DNA of 64,000 nt from positions 19,592,001 to 19,656,000 of the forward strand of contig OZ004615.1 of assembly GCA_963924565.1 (NCBI GenBank), in the 5' to 3' direction. The notes beneath the pieces are model-generated. The model was not told the DNA's origin, made no database searches, and was given only the letters and a program-made list of their open reading frames with translations. Shown piece after piece: positions 54,582 through 64,000 of the stretch (positions are counted from its first letter, which is position 1; each line of letters opens with the position of its first letter). Made by a program: the position numbers and the translations under genes. This DNA is from Ascidiella aspersa. Taxonomy: Eukaryota.

Positions 54582-55035
54582 ACCTAACCCCTAATGCACT
54601 GCTTCCTTCGTGGCCTTTTGCATCCCGCAAGCAGCAGCGTGCCGTTATGGTGCTTATCTCGCGCCCATAGACCCGCTGCGCACTTCAACTCCTGGCCGAT
54701 AGTTGTGACAAGATAGCATGACTTGTCACGCCGCACAGACCTGATTATGACGTAGCAGCAACCGCTTACGCCTGTCTTAGCGTCGTTTCGACTTCCTAGG
54801 TTTGGTAAATCTATGATACGACCAGAAATCCGGAGCCACCCCTTGCGTTTTGTTTTCGCCAAAATCGTTTAATAGTTTAAAGTGTACAAATCTCCTTTCG
54901 GTGACAAGGCATACCTTAAACTTCCATCCCTCCTATTTCCACGCTCAGGTTTGACAGTCTATTGTGTTTATTATTGGCAAGATTGTCCACACCAGGGTGA
55001 TCCATCCCTATTAGGCCTACGAGACGCATTCGGCT

Positions 55036-55074
55036 GGAGACTGATGATGCCTTTTGGGCGAAATATATTACTCT
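55036..55074 (+). ncRNA. Hammerhead motif, slightly degenerate (family B)
   Basis: GGAGA-CUGAUGA-U-GCCU(UUU)GGGC-GAA-AUAUAU-U-ACUCU; A-A mismatch at the first pair of stem I. Confidence 0.65.
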
Positions 55075-55429
55075 TAACACTTTATAAAGCGTCTGGCTTT
55101 GATTAGGGACTGATTTGAAAAATTAAGATTCCTATGACAGTCGGTGTTTACTGCATTTTCCAATCTATACTTTCGACTATTGGCGTGTAACGTTTACAAT
55201 ATATTTATCTAAGCGGGGTAGAAACGGGGTGATACTCACTTCTGTCTATGTGTATGGCATGACTCCCGACGCCTAATATAGCACATTTAAGTAGGAAATA
55301 AGGCTCATAGTCTTTCACAGTTTGACCGCCTCTGGTCTACATTTTAACTCGTTATTTGGGTGGTCGTACACCAAGCTGTTACAACGACACACAAATAGTC
55401 AATTTTTTTTCTAAACTGTCTGTCTAAAT

Positions 55430-55734
55430 CAGCGGTTGTTAAACTGGGCTCCGTTGACCCCGTGGAGGTGCGTGGACTAGTTTTATGGGGGGAGGGGGGG
55501 CGGTGGGGGGTTGAGTGAAACCTAGGTGAATCATTTAAAAGTTAGGAATTTTTAAAAATAAAATACATTAATTAAAGACAGCCTTCGTTTTGAATGTATT
55601 TAGACCTAATTTCAGGTTCCATTTAAGTTTCATTGTCGTGTGACGTCATTTGAATAATTCTATGCCGACCCTGGTCAACGCGAAACAATAAAACTATTTA
55701 TGGGCCTGCGTTGAAAAAAGTTTAAGAACCCCTG
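55430..55734 (+). mobile_element. hAT MITE, older copy of the 20326 family
   Basis: Ends CAGCGGTTGTTAAAC / GTTTAAGAACCCCTG; TSD GTCTAAAT/GTCTTAAC; internal similarity to 20326-20677. Ends 29 nt before RECK exon 3. Confidence 0.8.
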
Positions 55735-55763
55735 GTCTTAACCTACATGATTTCGTTTCCCAG

Positions 55764-55847
55764 ATATTTCAAACGCACGACGCCAACTTTCAACGGGAAT
55801 TGGAGATTCGCTTCCCCGTCAGTTGTCCGAGAAGAGACAGAAATCTG
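55764..55847 (+). CDS. RECK: RECK coding exon 3 (IFQTHDANFQRELEIRFPVSCPRRDRNL)
   Basis: TTTCCCAG| ... CTG|GTGAGT, 84 nt, phase 0 to 0. Aligns to vertebrate IFSSKSESRLKHLLQRAPDYCP. Confidence 0.9.
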
Positions 55848-58329
55848 GTGAGTTTTTATTCCAAATCCAGTCGGAGTAAATTGTAAATTTACCTTTTAAA
55901 ACAGTGGCTTCCAACATTGTATGGAGCTTGGATATGTGGTGGACCCTGTATGTTCTCTTGTAGCCAATGCGCCGTTGTATCTTTGCCATTAAACAATAAA
56001 TTGTTGGTTTTTTTAATGTTCCATACTAAAACAAAATAACGTATTTGACGAATACTTACTTGTTCAACAAAACGTTTTTGGCCGCTATTTTAAACGTGTC
56101 TCCTTTAGTTTAACAGCTTGGTATATTTGGTGTGTTAAAAAAATTTTAACACCCATAAAAAAGTACCTATTTTTTTATTTCGGGATTTTGTTATACGCTG
56201 CATGCAAAACAGTGCCAGGCAGCTTGCAAACTTCGCTGACATTCGTTGACATTGGCGTTGTCAGTTTCGATTCGTTGATTAAGTGGTTTTGGTTTTGCGG
56301 TTTCTTTGCTGGAATGTGCTGCGGAACGTTAGATTAGGGGTGGTCCGGGCATGCAAGTGCTAACCCTGCCTTGCTACTTGTTTAAATATGGGGTTTAAGT
56401 GTTGCTTTCGACGTAAGTCGCTCTTTATTCTTCTCGCATTAGAAAGAAAACTGTTTTTTTGTCATAAAACTTAATTATCTAGCCCTTCGTTATTATAAGG
56501 TATTTGAGTTAAATTAAAAACATAACAAAATTTGCCTTAAAAAAAATTGTCTTATGTTGTCCAACTTAAATCCTATTTGTATGTTGCCTTTGCTAAAACT
56601 AGCTAAAACGTAGTGCTTCGTAAAATCACAACCAAGACACAGTTCACCGCACATGAATTGGTGGCCAAACCAACAGATCAGTATTAGCGATAAGACTAGT
56701 CCAGATTAGTGTCACCCATTAGTTTTAACAGCTTTTTAGGCCGTAAGACCAATATTACACTGGTGTTATGAAACCGTACTTCAAAACGATTTGTTTTATT
56801 TTTGTTTTCCCGCGTTCGCATGTAAAGCTAGATTGATGGTAACCCTGTCCAATTACCCGTTCAGTAATAATGTACGCTTGTAGTGCAAAAACAAAAGCCT
56901 CGCATATCCGCTTGTTGCGTCACAATGCACCTGCGCCATGACCAAACAATGGCCGTGGAATATTATTATTGTTCGATCAATAAATATTGCTGTCGTGTCG
57001 CTAGGACTCGATATTTGAGCAGTTGTGCTCTCGAAGCCTGCTTGAGGGCCTGGTTATTGCACTTAGAAAGTCGGGATTTGGCTTGGTCACCAACCGAAAC
57101 CGGAAAATGGCACCTCTTTGTGTGTATGACGGCCGCTATTAGTGCGCACACAAATCTTTGGCCGACTTTAAATGTTTTTTTTTACTCCTGGATACTGGTA
57201 TTTTTTCATTTACGAAATACGAAACAGGTAAAGCCGTAATCACTCAAACGCTGTGATGTGAGTTGTTTTTTTATGTTTTCATCGCCCAAAAATATGAAAG
57301 TTTTGCCGGCAAATGCAGTACAAAAGGTTGACGTTTAAAAAAAGTTTATCACCTATTTTTTGATAATTATACCAACAGCAGCCACACTAATTTCGTGTAT
57401 TTTTACCACGAATATTTGGTGTGTCCACTTAACGATTTAAAAAAAAGAAAATTAGCAATAAGAATTTTCTGATTATGTTTGCTAAAATTAACTAAATTCA
57501 CAAATAAACACAAATTACATACTAGTTGTCTTTGTCTTTTGGAAGTGTTCACAAATCTCAAATGTGGGACGCACTCGAAAAACTTATGTAAACACAAGCT
57601 GTTCACATGATGTATTTTTTTGAAATATATTCAACACATTCGGATTATAAATGCAGGCTGCTACGCAGGAAATTTGAACGATAACTGATACTTTGTACAA
57701 CTTGGACCTTGCGAACATACAGCGCAGATGCTTTAGTAGCTCCAACATGTGTGGGTCCTTTTCGAAAACCCTTACGTACAATGCTGTTTGATCCCCGCTT
57801 GAGCGCCACACAATGTAATGGGTCTTGGGTGGTGCACAACGAACCAGTGTACGGGGGCTTGGGGCACGTTACCCAAAACTTGTGACCCAGGGTTGTACAA
57901 ATAAATAATATCAGTGCGTGTGCCTATACAGTTGCCATTTAGGCGACTGACTCGTTTTCGGCCAAGACATAAAACGAATCGTGGAGTGACAACCTTTATC
58001 GTCTTACAATAGGTGTCTATTGTGATTTTGACTGAGATTGCCCCTTACAATATTCCTGTCGAAATATTTGTTTGCAAAAATAAGGAAACCATGTGGTTTA
58101 TATTGGTGAAGCATGAATTTGCAGTTAAAAACAAATCTTTCGACTTGGAAATATTGGATAAAAACGTAAATGTCTCCCAACAAAACAGCCTCTTTTTTCT
58201 TAAATCCAAATTAGTTCGCAAACCCGAAAACAACTGGCATATGTAAACTGTGTGTACCAAGTTGACCAACTAAACTATTCCAGCCTAATTTTGTGGGGAA
58301 ATCGAAATTTTATTCTCACTACTTTGATT

Positions 58330-58610
58330 CCCCGCGATCGGCAAGCGACGGCCAATCGCGTTCGATTGATAACGCAACAATCGACGGAACAATGGTGCCG
58401 CGAAGTTTTGTAACAATTGCGCCCGGAATGCCGAGTTTGTCTTGCGGCCTCTCTTCCGAGCTTTATTTCCTGTTGTGACGTCACAGTCGCCGCGTTGATC
58501 GTCGCGATTTGTAGCGGTTTGTTCGCGTCGAACGATCTTCTGTTACGTCAACAATGGACCCCTTCCTTGTGGGCACGAAGCCGATTGCCCCCTTGGCGAT
58601 CGCGCTTTTG
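58330..58610. promoter_or_regulatory. Intronic CpG island with an ETS-CRE composite site
   Basis: ATTTCCTGT (58465-58473) abutting the perfect palindrome TGTGACGTCACA (58474-58485). Confidence 0.45.
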
Positions 58611-58990
58611 TTTAAGTTTTCCTTCTTTCCGGAATCTTTCGAGTTCGTTTGTATACTTTACCTTCGAATTGAGGTTTGAGTTTAGCATCTATCACCACCA
58701 AAAACCACCCACCCGGACTGTTGTGTCTTTTACTGCTTTCAGTTGAACTTTTATTCGCACAACTGTTTACACCGTCTGTGCCAATCTTTATCATATTTAG
58801 TGTCTAATATATCAATTGCGTGAACTTAAAATTCGGCTGTTTTTCATCGACAAACTGTTGCTACATGCTTTCCCGTGTTTACTTATCCATCTCCGGACAG
58901 CAATATGTTCAAACCCTCTTAGTTAAGTATCAATTTCCGCACGTGTGCATACCAATTCGTTTCAGGATTCACACAGCATAGGCTTTAAGC

Positions 58991-59240
58991 CAGGGGTTCT
59001 TAAACTTTTTTTACCGCGGACCCACCAACTTTTTTTCTGCTTCGCGTTAACCAGGGTAGGAAAAATCTTTTCAGAGATGACGTCACAATACAAATAGACT
59101 TCATAAATCTGCTGATTCCGGTCAAAAAGCTATTTTCTTTGAAAAATTGGTTGTTTCTTAAATATACACTAAGATTTCAATTAGGCCTTCATGGACCTCG
59201 TAAAACTAGTTCACTATGGACCCCAGTTTAAGAACCCCTG
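58991..59240 (-). mobile_element. hAT MITE, inverted copy of the 20326 family
   Basis: Perfect 16-bp TIR CAGGGGTTCTTAAACT; perfect TSD CTTTAAGC. Confidence 0.93.
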
Positions 59241-59803
59241 CTTTAAGCTAAGTATTGTTAACTTTTCGGTGTGATTATTGTTTTCCTAAAAATAAGTCGC
59301 ACCAGTTTTACTTTACTTGAGAACACAATAAACAAATTTAATCGCATATAAACAATTCAATGTCTTTAACTTTTGCTCGGAAAAACAGATCTCGTCAAAA
59401 ACGACTTTTTTGTTGTTACGAGCATGATCCAGACAAATCGATATCCTTTGCGGCCGGCCGAGCAGCCATGCATTTCTTCCGTTAATGTCGCGAACGAAAC
59501 ATTTGCCACAGCAAAATGTTGGTTCTATTTCTGTCCGCATTATGCGCGATCTATTTTCGTCAACACACCGTCATCATTCGAAAGTATATAATTTATCGCC
59601 TATCGACACCAACTCGGGTAATTCGGGTACAAATTCGAATGGTTACATATTTCAGGTATTACAGATGTGAAACAGTTTACGCCAATGTATAAATCAGGTT
59701 TACACGTGGGCTTTGTAGGTGGCGCCTTGTATAAAAAGTGATCCACCCCTATACATTTACGTTATCGTTCGATTTCGTTAACAATTACTTTCTTGTTTTG
59801 CAG

Positions 59804-59837
59804 AGGGACTTCTGGTTCTGCGTTGACGAGCAGTCAG
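59804..59837 (+). CDS. RECK: RECK coding exon 4 (RDFWFCVDEQS)
   Basis: TCTTGTTTTGCAG| ... CAG|GTTGGT, 34 nt, phase 0 to 1. The WxC matches vertebrate VEIWNCMNSSLP and supplies the sixth Cys of CC1. Confidence 0.88.
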
Positions 59838-60935
59838 GTTGGTTAAGATCTATTGTGGCGTATATTAACTTCATTTGCATGTGTTAAAGCATTTCGGTGT
59901 TTTGTGTGAAATTGCAAACCCCCCTTATTTAACATTAATGACTCAAAACAAAGCTGATAATTATATTTACCAATAGTCTATTTATTAACTAAAATGTACA
60001 CAGTGTGTATAGCCCCTGTGGCCCGCTTTGTATAAAAACGGTAATACTCTTCTGGTCACTGCAGTTAAAATAGAGCTCTTAAAACAAAATGTGTGAAAAT
60101 ATGGAGGCATTGGGACTTGTTTCTATTGCACTTTACCTGTGAGCTGAATCAAGGTGTTTGACACATTATAATGCGCGTAAACTATAAGGATATCGTGTAT
60201 TCATTGGAATGGTTTTGAGAATTTATTCTAAGAACACTGCTAGTTTTCTTAGTTTAAACAGATTTTTTACCCCCAAATCAAACATTGATTGCGACATATA
60301 CTAGTTATTCAACAAACCTTGAACAAGAAATTGTTGCTACTTAGGCGAAGGAGTTATGTTACGCAAACAAGATATGCTATCGCCAATGCAGGATAACAAT
60401 TGGCCAACACTGCAGCTTGTGCGAGTGGAGTTTATAAAACAAACTCGATTCACACTGTTGGGCATAACCACCGCATTTCGATAAGGAAATTATATTTCCA
60501 AGTAAAACGCACAACGCTCATGAAACTGAACATGTAGGCTTGTCAACAACAGGCCATGTTACATTTGCTTTATTTTATTGATAAAACAAGTAAAAGTTTT
60601 ATTACGCGTTTTGTTGCTTGTGAAAGAACCTGGATCGACTGTGTGATCAGTATATGAAAAAAGTGATGCGAATCTTCGTATTAAAGCGAAACTATAACGA
60701 ATCTCCATACTGTCTATTGCGGTTGGCTTGTATGAGAAATCCACTTTGGTTTAAACAAATCTAGTGACAATACGTTATGAGCTGTAGAGTCAACAATAGA
60801 GTGTATCTTTATAGAATCGAAAACCATCGGCGGCAGGTTTTAGCCAGTCGATCACTGCTCCGCTGACGCGTATATTAACAAGTAAAACTCATAGTTAAAA
60901 ACATGAGTGAAAACAGGATCAGACGTTTTGTTTAA

Positions 60936-60974
60936 AGGAAAATATATTTCGCCAAAGTGGCATCATCAGTTCCT
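60936..60974 (-). ncRNA. Minimal hammerhead ribozyme, inverted copy (family B)
   Basis: Exact reverse complement of 61564-61602. Confidence 0.85.
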
Positions 60975-61081
60975 GTAAGAGTACAAATAAATAAAATCAG
61001 AGCGCAGCCATCAACAAACCAATAAAAGTAAACAATAAAATATTAAAATATTATAATAGACTAAAAACGCAATGAAAAGGA

Positions 61082-61318
61082 GCAGTATGGAAAACTTTCA
61101 AGTGCAAAGAAAATAACGACAAAGCAGCACTTCTGCGCCACTACGCTGATAAACACATGTCCATGCTGAGGCAGAGGCCTACCATTGCAGAGTGTTTCAG
61201 CATAACATTTTTAGAAAAACCACCTTTTAATAAGTTGGACATATGTGAAGCAAAGTGGCTAAAGGTAGTCAACGCAACCATTAACATCCAAAAAATGGTT
61301 CTACCGCGAATAAGATAA
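61082..61318 (+). pseudogene. C-terminal fragment of a Penelope-type GIY-YIG endonuclease
   Basis: Open frame AVWKTFKCKENNDKAALLRHYADKHMSM...FSITFLEKPPFNKLDICEAKWLKVVNATINIQKMVLPRIR*. The AL..H...H / L...E..W / IN spacing is typical of the PLE endonuclease end. Absent from the ORF track. Confidence 0.75.
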
Positions 61319-61563
61319 ACCGCTATCTTATCGCTACCCATTCGAGCCGCATTTTACCGTCTAGCATCTCGCACTGCTCATATGTATTTTTTCCCCTTCC
61401 TCCACTTATTTGCGTCGCCTACTCATTTATCCCAGTCGTTGCCTGCGAGGCTGTAGTGCTTTTCATTGCGTTTTTAGTCTATTATAATGTTTTAATATTT
61501 TATTGTTTACTTTTATTGGTTTGTTGATGGCTGCGCTCTGATTTTATTTATTTGTACTCTTAC

Positions 61564-61602
61564 AGGAACTGATGATGCCACTTTGGCGAAATATATTTTC
61601 CT
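61564..61602 (+). ncRNA. Minimal type I hammerhead ribozyme (family B)
   Basis: AGGAA-CUGAUGA-U-GCCA(CUU)UGGC-GAA-AUAUAU-U-UUCCU: intact core, stems I and II, palindromic stem III, AUU cleavage triplet. Confidence 0.85.
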
Positions 61603-62475
61603 TTAAACAAAACGTCTGATCCTGTTTTTACTCATGTTTTTAACTATGAGTTTTACTTGAGCTGTAGAGTGTTTTGGGGGACCGAAACGGACAGTAGGAC
61701 ATATGCAAATAATGCCAGCGTTACAAATTGTCCTATTTGAGTATCATTTAAATGACGTAATGTAACATAAAATATAATGGTTAAAGGAATTAAACTTCAC
61801 TTACCTGTAGATTAAAAAACCCGTAGATTAAAACTAATTAAGGTTGGTCTCGGCGTCCTATAATTCAAAGTTTATATTTTGGAGCAGAATGGTTGGAGGT
61901 TGTAGTAGACGTAATAAGAATATCAAAGCTCATACAGAAGTTATTCGATACGTTCAAAACGATACCTACTTTTGTATGGGCTTTGATATTCTTATTATAG
62001 GTTTATATTCTTTTTCGATCAGTGCCTGTATCTTGGGAGCGTACCTCGCGTGGAGGACGCCACATCTTCTCAGAAAAATTTAGACGCTCTTTATGCTGTG
62101 ACGAGCTCGCCGATCGTCCGTGACGTAAATACATCGAGGCCGATTTCGCGACATTCCTACGGCGACCGAACGTTCGCGTTTTAACTCTAACGTGACGAGG
62201 TTTATGCCTGCTTTAAAAAGGCGACGGCTATGGTCGTCACGATATACTGATAATGCTTATTTAATTTGCTTTTAAAATATCGCAAGAAATTGGGTCGAGA
62301 TTTCAAATGACTTCAGAAAGGTGTTTTTGTAAACGCTTTGGCGTACGGGCGGTTGCGCACTTATAATTGCGGCAATGGTAAAATCTGTTGGGTTTTTAGT
62401 CGTCTGAAACCAATACCAGCCAATATTTTTGCTATTGTTTCCCAATTCACTTTTTAAATCAAGTGTTTAAAATAA

Positions 62476-62640
62476 TTTTAACAGATTATGTATTCAACAT
62501 ATTTTTAACAGATCATATAAGTAAAATATTTTTAACAGATTATGTATTCAAAAATTTCTAACAGATCACGTATTAAACAACTTTTAACAGATCATGTATT
62601 TAAATTTTTCTGTTAGATCATGTATTCAAAATATTTAACA
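62476..62640. repeat. Minisatellite, about 27-bp unit x6
   Basis: TTTTAACAGAT(T/C)ATGTATT(C/A)AA variants in tandem. Confidence 0.85.
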
Positions 62641-63961
62641 AAATTGACTTTTCAAATTTCTTAGTCGATGTATGAAAGGTTAAACACACCGAAAGCCGTA
62701 AAACTAAAAATATTCCACTACCAGTCGCATTCTTGTACCAAGCCAACAAGTACTATGGAATAATAAATTTCCTAAGGCTCTGTATTTTACCGAAGTGACG
62801 CCATAACACTGTATACGTCGCATTCATCGCGAAGCCATGATTACGGTTTCGGGGCAGAACCGCTCTATTATGGCGATAGGCACCGTTCCATCGAAATGAC
62901 GGGCCACGAAAGCCGGGCTAGCGTTTCATTAAAATTCCTCGCCTTTCTGCCAGCGGCTCGATGTAACGTTTCGACTTGGGTAAAATGTAGCGCGCGTGTG
63001 GGTACGAATGGGGGTTATGCGACGGGGGCTTTGCAGACAATGGAGCACTAGGAATTGTGCCTATGGGATCAATATCGTTGTAAATGTCCACTTTAAAAGG
63101 TTGTGGAAAGCAAAACATACTGGATTTTCTAACCGGAATCCTTATGCCGTTACTATGGGTGGACCAAACTTGCTTCCCCGAACTAATCTGATACCGTAAA
63201 ATATATTTTGACTGGCTAATTAATAAGCGTTGCAGATAGGAAAAAATAATCATTGTTTGGCTGTTTATTTTTTTTAAATTTTTTTTCAGGTAATATTAAC
63301 GTGAAGGCTAAACAGATGAAACATATTGTAAACGTATTCTTTGATCACCAACGTTGTTTTGGAAGGTGGTTTTAAAAGTCATATTATATATTGCGGTGGG
63401 ACTTACTAAAAATCGCAGAAGCAGAAGTTTACGACAACGCACAAAGTTAAGAAAACAGCAAAGCCTAAGAGGCGTCATAATATAGCCTTTATTGGTGTGG
63501 ACGTGCGCAAAAAAACGCCCCCGACCCCCAAAAGAAAAGTGTGCGCCGGCTCCCGTTCGCGTGATAGGCGCACCTTAGGCGGTACGCCGGAACCTGGCAG
63601 AGACACGAAGCCACGGCATGAAACCATTTACCAGCAAATTAGTGTCTTGCGTATGACTGTACAGCATTGACGCGCGTATTAATCGCCCAGATTCGCTCTG
63701 TCGGCTCTGCTTGACGATCACCCCGTCCGCCCCTAATTTGTTTGTTGTGAATGGCGCCCCTTCCCTACCCCGGTGCTCGCGGGCCCCCTAATGTACCCAT
63801 ACGCTGCCAGTGGGGCCTGAAGCGCTCGACTTCCTTGAAGCTCGCCGCACCCGCCGCGCGCGTTCGTGCTTGTGTGTGTGATGTCACAAGTGGAACCGTT
63901 CCGAAAGATTCAAAGTCGCAACGTCGTGGTCTCGATGTGAAGATTTTTTTTCATTTTTCAG

Positions 63962-64000
63962 TCGAAAATGGCTCGGACGTTTTGTTTTCAAGATTCCTAC
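63962..64000 (+). CDS. RECK: RECK coding exon 5, start only (VENGSDVLFSRFL...), cut by the window end
   Basis: Strong acceptor TTTTTTTTCATTTTTCAG|, open in phase 1. The expected next CC pair lies beyond the window. Confidence 0.6.

Larger units (their letters stand above)
60791..61659 (+). mobile_element. 5'-truncated Penelope-like retroelement with an inverted pseudo-LTR
   Basis: 201-bp inverted arms at 60879-61079 and 61459-61659 (2 mismatches seen). Flanking direct repeat TGAGCTGTAGAGT at 60778-60790 and 61658-61670. Endonuclease tail between the arms and a hammerhead in each arm. Confidence 0.88.

Noticed and set aside
63968-64000. New gene starting MARTFCFQDSY
   Set aside because: Better explained as phase-1 RECK exon 5 in another frame.

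Overview
This is eukaryotic genomic DNA: AT-rich with many CpG-rich islands, spliceosomal introns, and no prokaryotic gene density. An invertebrate chordate, possibly a tunicate, is my inference only. Almost all ORF-track entries are non-coding noise. Two genes diverge head-to-head across about 12 kb. On the + strand are the first five coding exons of a RECK homologue (signal peptide plus first cysteine-knot CC domain), reconstructed from splice sites. On the - strand is the first exon of a zinc-finger repressor starting MSRRKQEKPQQF (NuRD-recruiting motif of the SALL/BCL11/FOG/ZNF423 group). It is followed by about 39 kb with no recognisable zinc-finger exon but several candidate alternative first exons, all with phase-1 donors. 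The non-coding DNA holds many hAT-type MITEs with 8-bp TSDs and a four-layer nested insertion. It also holds a young 5'-truncated Penelope-like retroelement (GIY-YIG tail, 201-bp inverted arms) and 7-8 minimal hammerhead-ribozyme motifs of two families.
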